From the NCBI GenBank assembly GCA_947472615.1, contig CANJEY010000001.1, positions 1 to 53,164 on the forward strand: a stretch of DNA of 53,164 nt. Reading direction: 5' to 3'. This DNA comes from Beijerinckiaceae bacterium (GTDB lineage Bacteria > Pseudomonadota > Alphaproteobacteria > Rhizobiales > Beijerinckiaceae). The notes below the pieces were generated by a model. The model was not told the DNA's origin. It did no database searches and saw only the letters and a list, made by a program, of their open reading frames with translations. The translations under genes and the position numbers were made by a program. Of the stretch, positions 18,379 to 27,510 are shown piece after piece (position 1 is the first letter of the stretch; every line of letters starts with the position of its first letter).

Positions 18379-18763
18379 TCGCCAAGGCGTAGTGTGAGCA
18401 GTGCGTCAAATGACCAGCCACCACGTGCACGGCAATGCTTCACGTTCAATACCAGCGTTGGATAGCAACGTACTCTCCATCGTTAGGACTTCAGCGGATG
18501 GGCGGCTATGTCCGCGTTTGAATTTCTTTCTCAGTTCTCAAAATCATCAATCAGGCCGAGAAATAAGCCTCATTAAGGATGTTGTACCGTGTGGAATCAT
18601 CGAACATCGTCGCTGGACCGGCAAGGTCCTTTAGCCTTGTCAAATGTGAGGGAACCGGGCAAATTCCGCCCGCGTTCGCCGGACTTTGATGTTCGATTCA
18701 TTGGCATGCAGTATGTGAAGGAGTGCCGCTCTTGAAGATATTCAGACGAGACCTTCCGACCGT

Positions 18764-18796
18764 ATGATAGAATCAAACGCCAAATGGTAGAATCAA
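18764..18796. repeat. 13-nt direct repeat with 20-nt period (operator candidate)
   Basis: ATGATAGAATCAA (18764-18776) and ATGGTAGAATCAA (18784-18796), just upstream of the tctC start. Confidence 0.6.
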
Positions 18797-18833
18797 TAGG
18801 CGATCGCTCAGGAGCGCCCCGGGGAGAGAGTTG

Positions 18834-19877
18834 ATGATCAGGCGTTTCGTGTGCGCGTCGCTTCTCCTGTTAGGGGCGTTGACTGGGCATGGAGCGCATG
18901 CGCAAGACGCAGCCGATGGGTTCTTCAAGGGCAAGATCATCCGTCTCGTTGTCCCGACTCCGCCGGGTGGCCTGTTCGATGGCTATTCGCGCTTGCTCGC
19001 GCAACATATGCCGCGTCACATCGCTGGATCGCCGACGATCGTGTTGCAGAATATGGCTGGCGCCGCCGGACTTGTGGCTGCGAACTACATGGCGAATGTG
19101 GCGCCACGTGATGGCACTGTGATCGCAGCTGCCTACAGCGCCACCATGACAGCGCCGTTGCTGTCTGCGGACGGGGCGAAGTTTGGCGTGAAGACGCTGT
19201 CGTGGATCGGCAGCATCAGCAAGGATCCATTCGTCGCCTATGTGTGGAATACGGCGCGCGCGAAGACGCTGGACGAATTGCACAGGCAGGAAATTCTCGT
19301 CGGCGGCACCGCGATTGGCTCCGCGCCGATCGATTATGCGATTCTCGCCAAGGACCTGTTTGGGCTGAAGCTCAACATTATCCCGGGCTACGCCGGCACG
19401 GCCGAGGTCAATCTCGCCATGCAGAGGGGTGAAATCGAGGGTTCCTTCGGCATCGGCTGGAATTCCCTGAAGGTCGGGCAGGCCGAGTGGCTCGCGAAGC
19501 GTCAGATCCTTCTGGTGACGCAGTTTGGCCTGACGCGTCATCCGGAACTGCCCGACGTTCCTGCCTTTGCGGAACTGGCGCGCAATGACTCGGATCGTCA
19601 GGCGCTTGATCTCTATCTGCCGCGGCAGGAATACAGCCGCCCGTACTATGCGCCGCCGGGAATTCCCGAAGCGCGTCTGACCCTGTTGCGCCGCGCCTTT
19701 GACGCGACGCTTCGCGATCCGGCCTTTCTCGCTGAAGCTGCGAGCCTAAAAGCTCCTGTGGATGGTCCAGCGACGGGAGAGGAACTGGCCGCCGCCTCGG
19801 ACCGGCTCGCGTCGACCTCGCCACAGGTGGTCAAGCGCGTTCTCGACATGTTTGCGAATTTCCAATCCACCCGGTAA
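18834..19877 (+). CDS. TctC/Bug-family substrate-binding protein
   Basis: Signal peptide, FFKGK.I.LVV..PGG.FD.YSR, VLQNMAGAAG, APRDGT, WIGS, QRGE; GGAGAG RBS. Confidence 0.9.
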   Translation: MIRRFVCASLLLLGALTGHGAHAQDAADGFFKGKIIRLVVPTPPGGLFDGYSRLLAQHMPRHIAGSPTIVLQNMAGAAGLVAANYMANVAPRDGTVIAAAYSATMTAPLLSADGAKFGVKTLSWIGSISKDPFVAYVWNTARAKTLDELHRQEILVGGTAIGSAPIDYAILAKDLFGLKLNIIPGYAGTAEVNLAMQRGEIEGSFGIGWNSLKVGQAEWLAKRQILLVTQFGLTRHPELPDVPAFAELARNDSDRQALDLYLPRQEYSRPYYAPPGIPEARLTLLRRAFDATLRDPAFLAEAASLKAPVDGPATGEELAAASDRLASTSPQVVKRVLDMFANFQSTR

Positions 19878-19908
19878 TTTTCCATCGAAATCAGAACGGT
19901 TGGACAAC

Positions 19909-20916
19909 ATGCTCCCCTCGGCCAGAAAGCTCGAATTCTCCGAAGTCCCGGTCATCGATCTCGGTCCCGCGCGGACCGGTAGCGTCGACGATCGGCGAAA
20001 GGTCGCCGCGGCGATTGCCGAAGCCTGCGGCCGTGTGGGCTTTTTTTACTTCGCCAATCATGGAATTCCGGACGAAGATGTCGAGGCGATCTTTCAGACG
20101 TCGAAGGAGTTTCATGAACTTCCACTCGACGCGAAAATGGAATCCTGCGTCGCGAACAACGATCATTTTCAGGGCTATTTGCCCGGCATGACGAGAAGCA
20201 ATGACAAGCGCGTGGCCCAAACCATGCAGGAAGCGTTTCAGATCCGCCGCCCGCTTTCTGCGGACGATCCCGACCTGCGTGCCGGTACGCCGCTGCATGG
20301 TCTTATTCCCTGGCCAAGCGCGATGCCCGATCTCCAGCCGCGCATGATGTCCTATTTCCACAAGATCGATGCGCTGGGCCGCGACCTGCTCGACTTGTTC
20401 GAGATCAGCCTCGACCGTCCCACGGGCGAATTCGCCAAATTCTTCAGCAAGGATATGAACTGCCTGCGACTGCTGCATTATCCGCCGCAGCCGCCCGACG
20501 GTCCGGGCGACATTCGAGGAACGCGCGACCATACGGACACGAACGCGTTCACGATTCTCGCGCAGGACATGAACGGCGGGCTGGAAGTACGCAACAAGGA
20601 TGGAGAGTGGGTGGCGGTTCCACCCATTCCGGGTACGTTCGTGATCAACGTCGGCGAGATTCTCAAGGTCTGGACCGATGGAATGTTCTCGTCGACCCTT
20701 CATCGCGTGATCAATCGCTCAGGCCGTGAGCGATATTCGATTCCATTCTTTCTCTATCCGACCTATCACGAAGTCATCTTTCCGCTGATGCGCAATCCGG
20801 ATCCGTCGAACGTCGCGCCCGAAGATCTTCCCAGTTCGATGCCGCGCGACAAGCCATTCGTGTGGGGCGATTTCAAGGCCGGCAATTCGTCGCGCATTCA
20901 TCCCAAGCGATCCTGA
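19909..20916 (+). CDS. 2-oxoglutarate/Fe(II) oxygenase, isopenicillin N synthase family
   Basis: VPVIDL, GFFYFANHGI, LRLLHYPP, HTD...H facial triad, RYS. Confidence 0.92.
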   Translation: MLPSARKLEFSEVPVIDLGPARTGSVDDRRKVAAAIAEACGRVGFFYFANHGIPDEDVEAIFQTSKEFHELPLDAKMESCVANNDHFQGYLPGMTRSNDKRVAQTMQEAFQIRRPLSADDPDLRAGTPLHGLIPWPSAMPDLQPRMMSYFHKIDALGRDLLDLFEISLDRPTGEFAKFFSKDMNCLRLLHYPPQPPDGPGDIRGTRDHTDTNAFTILAQDMNGGLEVRNKDGEWVAVPPIPGTFVINVGEILKVWTDGMFSSTLHRVINRSGRERYSIPFFLYPTYHEVIFPLMRNPDPSNVAPEDLPSSMPRDKPFVWGDFKAGNSSRIHPKRS

Positions 20917-21030
20917 CATCTCCCGCTTCATTTCAGGCTGTCGAAAACCGGCGAGATAGGTACGTCTTGGCGCGGCTGACGGTGGTGAACTTGAACGATC
21001 GCCAAATTATCGTCTTTACGGTGACGACGC

Positions 21031-22044
21031 CTATTGCGCCGTCATCGCTGCTCCGGCACGCTTGAGAATGTCTTCAGGCTCATTGTAGACGCTTCGTATA
21101 ATCGCATTGATATCGTTCGGGCTGACATAGGACACTTCAGATTTTTGTTTCTGCGCCTGCTGCAATAATTCAGGATCCCTCACGGTCTTCTCGAATGCGG
21201 CCTGAAGCGCCGTATAGCGATCGTCAGGAATATTGGGAGTAAGAAAAACGCGGCCAATCGAGAAGCTGGCAAAAATTGTTTCCAGCGTCTGCCGGTCCAG
21301 ATCGTTCTTCGCGAACTCCTGAATTAATGGGACGTTGGGTAGGGCTTCTGCGCGCCGAACGCCCATCTGAAAGAGAATGCGATAGTTTTCGGCTTCTTCT
21401 CCGGGCATTTCGAACTGAAAGCTATCCAGCCCAAGACCGACGATTCCATAGACCTCCTTACGCTTCATGGCCAATGCGATGTCCGACGTGCCGCGATAGC
21501 CGGGGATCAGTTTCATCTTCGTCTTGAAGATCGCGTTGATTGCGATCGGGAGATAGACCGTTGTGCCGCCCGCGAGGCCGACGAGCGTTTCCTTCGTGAA
21601 CAGCTCTTCGGCGGTTTGCGCCGGGGCATCCTTGCGGAAGGCGCCGATCACCACGATCGGCGTGACACTGCCGAGCCAGCGAAAGTTTTCGACCTTGTAG
21701 CGAACTTCGCGCGGATCGAAGAGGGGCCGGAAGATCAGGCCGTGTTGGATGATCGCAAATTCGGTTCCGTCTTTCGGGGCGATCTTGTCCATGTAGTTGA
21801 TCTGTACGAGACCGCCAGCGCCCGGCATGTTCTTGACGACGATCTTGGGATTTCCGGGAATATGCTTGCCGATGAATCCGCCGATCAGCCGCGCGTAGCG
21901 ATCATATCCACTCCCAGCTTCGTCCGGCGATGTCAGGGTGATAGTGCGGCCGCGGTAGAAATCGGCTACATCGTCGGCGCGCGCCGCTTGTGGCAGTGAC
22001 CACGCGATGGCGAGCGCAAGCCCAATGGCCGAAACGACTTTCAT
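21031..22044 (-). CDS. TctC/Bug-family substrate-binding protein
   Basis: MKVVSA signal peptide with GGAGGA RBS; FYRGRTI, GSGYD.YAR, IPGNP...KNMPGAGG, APKDGT. Confidence 0.9.
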   Translation of the reverse strand: MKVVSAIGLALAIAWSLPQAARADDVADFYRGRTITLTSPDEAGSGYDRYARLIGGFIGKHIPGNPKIVVKNMPGAGGLVQINYMDKIAPKDGTEFAIIQHGLIFRPLFDPREVRYKVENFRWLGSVTPIVVIGAFRKDAPAQTAEELFTKETLVGLAGGTTVYLPIAINAIFKTKMKLIPGYRGTSDIALAMKRKEVYGIVGLGLDSFQFEMPGEEAENYRILFQMGVRRAEALPNVPLIQEFAKNDLDRQTLETIFASFSIGRVFLTPNIPDDRYTALQAAFEKTVRDPELLQQAQKQKSEVSYVSPNDINAIIRSVYNEPEDILKRAGAAMTAQ

Positions 22045-22213
22045 CCAATTCCTCCCAGTCTCTGCGGGATTTCCCGCATTTCTAGCGTCTCGGTCGTCCC
22101 CGTTGCGACGCGAGGAAGGAGAGACGCCTCGTGTATTCAAGCCGGGCCTTCGTCCGCAGTTCGACTTGGCCAGGGTGTCTATCGACCACGTTAGCGCATC
22201 GCGGGTCGGGCCT

Positions 22214-22228
22214 GCAATGCCAAGCCCA
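22214..22228 (-). promoter_or_regulatory. Sigma-54 promoter candidate
   Basis: Minus strand reads TGGGCT-TGGCA-TTGC with correct spacing, about 170 nt upstream of 22044. Confidence 0.4.
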
Positions 22229-22432
22229 TCGAGTTTGGTTTGCCACGCCCGCATCGATGCAGAGAATCGCCCCCGTTCACCGACAGCGCACCTTCGGACG
22301 CCACAATGTTCAACGCATGTGGCTCAATATCGGACTTCGTGCCCCATGCGAGACACATTGCAACATTTGTGGAGCGTTGACTTCAATACATCGGCTCAAT
22401 AGATTTTCGGCGATCAACCAAATGGAGCCAGC

Positions 22433-23446
22433 TTGGAACGCGATTTTCTGATCGGATGCACGTACAATGTTCTGCAGCCGCACGAAGGGGCGACGCCGTT
22501 GCAGCTCTTCGAGATGATCGCCGCGACGCGCGCGTTCGATTACATCAACTGGCTACCAACTGAAAAATTGATCGACGAATGCATTGTCGCGTCGGAAAAG
22601 ACGGGTCTGCCGATGACGACCGGCAATTGCCAGCACGACCTGACGCCGGGCGACGACAAGCTGTTTACCGCGATCCGCAATGCAGCGCGTGTCGACATGA
22701 AAATGCTGAACGTCATGTTGCACACCTTTGCGACAGACGGTCATGAAGTGACCGTCGATGAGGTCGTCGACGTCTATCTGCGCGCCTGCGACGCGGCCGA
22801 GGCGCTGGGCGTCGAAGTCAGCTTCGAGCTTCATGTGGATTGCTGGAGCGAAAAATATCGCAAGGTGTCGCAGGCGATCGAAGCGGTGCGCGCCCGCGGT
22901 CGCAAGTTCAATTTCACGGTCGACTATAGCCACGTCATCTTCAAGATTCAGAACGGCGCCGAGCTTGAAAAATCTGAAGTTCGTGAAGCGGTTGAGCGCG
23001 GCGAGATCGTTCTCGATCCCTACGAAAAAGGCTGCATCCTGTCGCAATGGCTCGCCGAGAACGTGGTGAGCTTTGCCCAGTTTCGTCCTGTGTCACCCAG
23101 CCAACCCGTCAACGTCTGGGCGAAAAATCCGGATGGATCGACGCCGCGCGGCATCATGTACCCGTTTGTGCGTCCAGAACCCGGTCAATGGCACAGCGAC
23201 TGGAGTGCTTGGCGCCTCGCGCCGTGCAAGAAGGCCTTCCGGTTGGTGATGGAGCATCATTTGCGCGATGCCGCGAGTCCGCTTCGCTACGTCATTACCG
23301 AGATGATCGCGAGTCCGGACTATGGGTTGAACGCTCGATTTTCGCTCCTGGAGCACAATGCCGCCTGCGCGCGTTGGATCCGCCAGACATGGGACCGGAT
23401 GAAAGCCCTGAAGCGCGCCGGGTTCGTAGAGCTGGAGACGGAGTGA
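22433..23446 (+). CDS. Xylose isomerase-like TIM-barrel protein, function unknown
   Basis: GV.VSFELHVDCWSE and TVDYSH resemble the metal-ligand motifs of the sugar phosphate isomerase/epimerase fold; TTG start with GGAG RBS. Confidence 0.7.
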   Translation: MERDFLIGCTYNVLQPHEGATPLQLFEMIAATRAFDYINWLPTEKLIDECIVASEKTGLPMTTGNCQHDLTPGDDKLFTAIRNAARVDMKMLNVMLHTFATDGHEVTVDEVVDVYLRACDAAEALGVEVSFELHVDCWSEKYRKVSQAIEAVRARGRKFNFTVDYSHVIFKIQNGAELEKSEVREAVERGEIVLDPYEKGCILSQWLAENVVSFAQFRPVSPSQPVNVWAKNPDGSTPRGIMYPFVRPEPGQWHSDWSAWRLAPCKKAFRLVMEHHLRDAASPLRYVITEMIASPDYGLNARFSLLEHNAACARWIRQTWDRMKALKRAGFVELETE

Positions 23447-23447
23447 C

Positions 23448-24404
23448 ATGGTCGTCTATGTCGAGCCGAAACAGGCGTCACAGGTTCCGATCATCGACCT
23501 GAGCGGAACCTTCGATGGCCCGTCGCCCGCGCGCGTCGAGGCGGCGGCGAAATTGCTGAAAGCATGCCGCGACACGGGCTTCTTCTACGTCGTCAATCAC
23601 GGCGTCGATCAGGCTCTGATCGACGCGCTGTTTGCGCAATCGAAGGCGTTCTTCGATCAGCGGGCGACTGCTAAGGAACGGCTGTTGAAGCGTGGTGGGG
23701 CGAACGGATATGAACCTGTCTGCGCGCAGGCGCTCGATCCGGAATCGCCGCCGGATTTCAAGGAATCCTTCAACATCAGTGCTCCGGGCATTCCGGGGTC
23801 GCCGGACCATCTGAACAACCAATGGCCCGAAGGCATGCCCGACTTCAAACATGTTCTGGAAGCCTATCACCGTGAGGTGCGGCGTGTTGCGTTCCACATC
23901 TCGCGGCTGATCGCCAAGTCGCTCGACATGCCGTTCGAGTTCTTCGATGGGAATTTCGACAACCAGCGCGCGTCGTTGCGGCTCCTCAAGTATCCGCCGA
24001 TGCCGAAGGACGCGAAGCCGAACCAGCTCGGCGCCGGCGCTCATACGGATTTTGGCTGGATCACTGTCGTGGCTCAGGATTCGAATGGCGGACTGGAAGT
24101 CGAGACCGCGAGTGGCGACTGGATTCGCGTCGATCCGATTCCTGGCTCATTTGTCGTCAATCTCGGCGATCTCGTGCCTGAATGGACGAACGGCCTTTAT
24201 CATTCGAGTCTGCATCGCGTGTTCAATACGCGGCCGCATCTGGATCGCTATTCGGTCGTGCTGTTTTACAACCCGCGCTATGAAACAATTGTCGAAACGA
24301 TTCCGACGTGCCTCGGGCCGGGTGAGACGCCCCGCCCGTCCTTCGTATCTGGCGAACACCGGCAGCAACGCGCGGCAGCCGCCAAACGCATGAATATGCC
24401 GTGA
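23448..24404 (+). CDS. Second IPNS-family 2OG/Fe(II) oxygenase
   Basis: VPIIDL, GFFYVVNHGV, LRLLKYPP, GAHTDFG, NLGD...WTNG.Y.SSLHRV, RYS. Confidence 0.92.
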   Translation: MVVYVEPKQASQVPIIDLSGTFDGPSPARVEAAAKLLKACRDTGFFYVVNHGVDQALIDALFAQSKAFFDQRATAKERLLKRGGANGYEPVCAQALDPESPPDFKESFNISAPGIPGSPDHLNNQWPEGMPDFKHVLEAYHREVRRVAFHISRLIAKSLDMPFEFFDGNFDNQRASLRLLKYPPMPKDAKPNQLGAGAHTDFGWITVVAQDSNGGLEVETASGDWIRVDPIPGSFVVNLGDLVPEWTNGLYHSSLHRVFNTRPHLDRYSVVLFYNPRYETIVETIPTCLGPGETPRPSFVSGEHRQQRAAAAKRMNMP

Positions 24405-24495
24405 TCTGCTGAACGGCGTGAGCCGCGCCGGCTGCTCATTCCTGCGCGGTCAGGTAGGCACGCATCACTCCACCGAAACCGCAAGGTAAACATAG

Positions 24496-25245
24496 ATGAG
24501 CATTTTTGAACGCGGGCCGGTGCGCATCCATTACGAAGAGGCAGGCGCTGGCGTGCCGTTGCTGGTGATCCCCGGCGGGGGATTGAATTCGGTGTTGGCG
24601 AACCTGACGCGCACCGCGCCATTCAACCCCTTTGACGAATTCAACGATGAATATCGTTGCGTGGCGGCCGATTTGCGCAATGCGCCCGAAGGGCAATCGA
24701 CGGGGCCGATCGAAGCCGATCGTCCGTGGGATTCCTATACCGACGACCATCTGGCGCTGATGGATCATCTGGGCATCGATAAATTCATGGTCATGGGCTT
24801 CTGCATTGGTGGTCCCTTCATCTGGAACCTCATTCGCCGCTCGCCGGATCGCGTCATCGCCGCCGTGCTGGCGCAGCCGGTCGGGTCCCGGCCTGAGATT
24901 CGAGACCTGTTCTACGAGAGCAACCTGAAGACCTGGGCGCAGGTGCTGATGAAACAGCGGCCCGACTTGACGACCGATGTATTCGACAAATTCCTCACCC
25001 GCATGTTTCGAACGGACGCCGATTTCGTCTTCACCGCCACACGCGATTTCGTCCGGGCTTGCGAAACGCCGGTGCTGATCCTGCCGGACGATATTCCGGC
25101 GCACCCCTACAGCGTGGCGATGGAGTCCGCGATGCTGGCGCCGAAGTCGGAAGTCAGCATGTATCCGTGGAAAGAGCCGAAAGAGCGAATCCCGCTCGCG
25201 GTGAGGCAGATTCGCTCGTTCATGAAGGCGCACCGCGACCGCTGA
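24496..25245 (+). CDS. Alpha/beta hydrolase with Cys nucleophile elbow
   Basis: IHYEEAG.G.PLL.IPGG, DLRN..GQS, GFCIGG. Confidence 0.85.
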   Translation: MSIFERGPVRIHYEEAGAGVPLLVIPGGGLNSVLANLTRTAPFNPFDEFNDEYRCVAADLRNAPEGQSTGPIEADRPWDSYTDDHLALMDHLGIDKFMVMGFCIGGPFIWNLIRRSPDRVIAAVLAQPVGSRPEIRDLFYESNLKTWAQVLMKQRPDLTTDVFDKFLTRMFRTDADFVFTATRDFVRACETPVLILPDDIPAHPYSVAMESAMLAPKSEVSMYPWKEPKERIPLAVRQIRSFMKAHRDR

Positions 25246-25266
25246 TGCGCCCGCGACGTCGGCGAC

Positions 25267-25749
25267 TCAGCTCTCTTTGTAGCCATATTCCGGAATGCCC
25301 TGTTCGTTGCCGTAGTATTTGTACGGAAGGAACTTGCCCGACATGACGAGGCGCACCCGATCGCCGCGGGGATTGGGTTCGCGTTCGAATTCGATGTTGA
25401 AGTCGATCGCCGACATGATGCCGTCGCCGAATTCTTCTTCGATCAGCGCCTTCCATGCCGGACCGTTGACCATCACCATTTCGTAGAACCGATAGATCAG
25501 CGGATCCGTCGGCGGCATGGCGGTGCCCCGGTAGGGAACTTCGTTGAGCATCCGCTCTTCAACATCGCTCAGTTCGAACAGCTTCGCGGCCTTGGCGGCC
25601 AGCGGTTTCACGAGCTTCATCTGGCCGAGCAGCGCACCGATGATCAGAACGGGCGACATGCCGCCGATTTCGTCGGTGATGTACTTCCACGTCCAGTCGT
25701 TTTCGCGCTTGATGTCGAGGATCTTCTCGGTCAGTTCTTCGCGTATCAT
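25267..25749 (-). CDS. cynS: Cyanate hydratase (cyanase)
   Basis: PTDPLIYRFYE, EEFGDGIMSAIDF, GDRV...GKFLPY. Confidence 0.97.
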   Translation of the reverse strand: MIREELTEKILDIKRENDWTWKYITDEIGGMSPVLIIGALLGQMKLVKPLAAKAAKLFELSDVEERMLNEVPYRGTAMPPTDPLIYRFYEMVMVNGPAWKALIEEEFGDGIMSAIDFNIEFEREPNPRGDRVRLVMSGKFLPYKYYGNEQGIPEYGYKES

Positions 25750-25771
25750 GGTTCGGCTCCTGCCCTGGTGA

Positions 25772-26671
25772 TTAATGCGCCTGAAGCGCGTCTTCGCGCT
25801 GCATGGTTCCGGGTGACGTCGCGCCCGGCCTAACGAGCGGAGGTTTCATCGGATCGTATTTGGGCGGGATATGATCGCGAAACGTCCTGCTCCCGGTGAC
25901 CAGAAAGTCGATCAGATGATTGCGTAGGGCGTAATAGTCAGGCTGCTTGTGCATGCCGGTGCGGTCGCGATCGGGCGGCAGCGGATTCTCGACGATCTCG
26001 GCGACCATCGCGGCCGGGCCGTTCGTCATCAGCACGACCTTGTCGGCGAGGTACATGGCTTCATCGACGTCATGGGTGATCATCACGACCGTCTGGCCCG
26101 TCTCGCGGCAGATGCGGCGCACTTCATCCTGAAGCGATCCGCGTGTCAGCGCGTCGAGCGCCGAGAACGGTTCATCCATCAGCATGATCTTCGGTTCGAT
26201 CGACAGTGCGCGCGCGATGCCGACGCGCTGCTTCATGCCGCCCGAGAGCTCGGCCGGTCGCTTGCGCTCCGAGCCTGTGAGGCCGACGAGGTCGATGACA
26301 GCCTGCGACTTGCGTTCGACCTCTTCGCGCGACGCTTTCGGCCAGCGCGATGAGACCGCGAACGCCACGTTGCCCATCACGGTCTTCCAGGGCAGCAGCG
26401 CGTGGCCCTGAAAAATCATCGCGCGGTCGAGGCCGGGTGCGGTGATCTCCTTGCCGTCGACGATGATGACGCCCTCCGAAGGACGCTCCAGCCCTGCGAG
26501 CGAATTGAGCACTGTGGTCTTGCCGCAACCCGAATGGCCGATGATGCAGACGAATTCGCCCTTGTTCACCGACAGCCAGAGATTTTCGAAGATCGTCGTC
26601 TCGCCGCCTCCGGCTTTCGGATAGCGCTTGGCGAGCGACTCGAGTGATATCAGCGGGCGCATCGTTCTCAT
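25772..26671 (-). CDS. Nitrate/cyanate ABC ATP-binding protein (CynD/NrtD-like)
   Basis: GHSGCGKT, LSGGMKQRVGIAR, DEPFSALDALTR, MTNGP. Confidence 0.93.
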   Translation of the reverse strand: MRTMRPLISLESLAKRYPKAGGGETTIFENLWLSVNKGEFVCIIGHSGCGKTTVLNSLAGLERPSEGVIIVDGKEITAPGLDRAMIFQGHALLPWKTVMGNVAFAVSSRWPKASREEVERKSQAVIDLVGLTGSERKRPAELSGGMKQRVGIARALSIEPKIMLMDEPFSALDALTRGSLQDEVRRICRETGQTVVMITHDVDEAMYLADKVVLMTNGPAAMVAEIVENPLPPDRDRTGMHKQPDYYALRNHLIDFLVTGSRTFRDHIPPKYDPMKPPLVRPGATSPGTMQREDALQAH

Positions 26672-27507
26672 TCCGGGAAGGTCACTGCTTGCGCCACGCG
26701 CGCCAGGGCCTGATCGAGCGCCATGCCGACGACGCCAATCACCAGAATGGCGATGATCACATTGGTGATGGAGAGATTATTCCACTCGTTCCAGACGAAA
26801 TAGCCGATGCCGGTGCCGCCCACGAGCATCTCGGCCGCGACGATCACCAGCCAGGCGATGCCTATCGAAATGCGCATACCAGTGACGATCGTCGGCGCTG
26901 CTGTGGGCAGGATCACCGAAAATGCGCGGCGGAGCGCACCCACCTCAAGCGTACGCGCGACATTCAGCCATTCCTTCCGGACGCTGGCGACCCCGAAAGC
27001 GGTATTGATCAGCATAGGCCAGATCGAGCAGATGAAGATCACGAAGATCGCCGACTTGCTCGAATCCTTGATCGTGTAAAGCGCTAGCGGCATCCATGCG
27101 AGCGGCGATACCGGCTTGAGCAATTGAATGAAGGGGTTCAATGCCCGACTCATCACCGGCGACATGCCGATGAGGAAGCCGAGCGGAATCGCCGCCAGCA
27201 CTGCGAGCCCGTAACCCATCGCGACGCGCAGGATCGACCATCCGATCTGGATGCCGATGCCCTTGTCGTTCGGACCCTTGTCATAGAATGGATGGCTCAG
27301 GTGCTCGATCAGTTTGGCGCCGACGTCGAGCGGCCCGGGCATCGCCGATTTGCCCGTCGTGGCGGTTGCGCCGACCAGTTTCGCGTATTCTGGATCGAGC
27401 GCAGGTCCACTCGCGGTGGATTGCGTGGCGAGATGCCAAACGAGCAGGACAGCGATCGCGATCAGCGCCGAGATCGCCGCCGACCGCGCGTTCAACGATG
27501 TTGTCAC
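26668..27507 (-). CDS. Nitrate/cyanate ABC permease (CynB/NrtB-like)
   Basis: PFYDKGPNDKGIG, KPVSPLAW, GIAWLVIVAAEML.GG.GIG. Confidence 0.93.
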   Translation of the reverse strand: MTTSLNARSAAISALIAIAVLLVWHLATQSTASGPALDPEYAKLVGATATTGKSAMPGPLDVGAKLIEHLSHPFYDKGPNDKGIGIQIGWSILRVAMGYGLAVLAAIPLGFLIGMSPVMSRALNPFIQLLKPVSPLAWMPLALYTIKDSSKSAIFVIFICSIWPMLINTAFGVASVRKEWLNVARTLEVGALRRAFSVILPTAAPTIVTGMRISIGIAWLVIVAAEMLVGGTGIGYFVWNEWNNLSITNVIIAILVIGVVGMALDQALARVAQAVTFPE

Positions 27508-27510
27508 GTG

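Noticed and set aside
18702-18716. TGGCATGCAGTATGT as a sigma-54 promoter
   Set aside because: The -12 position reads GT rather than GC.
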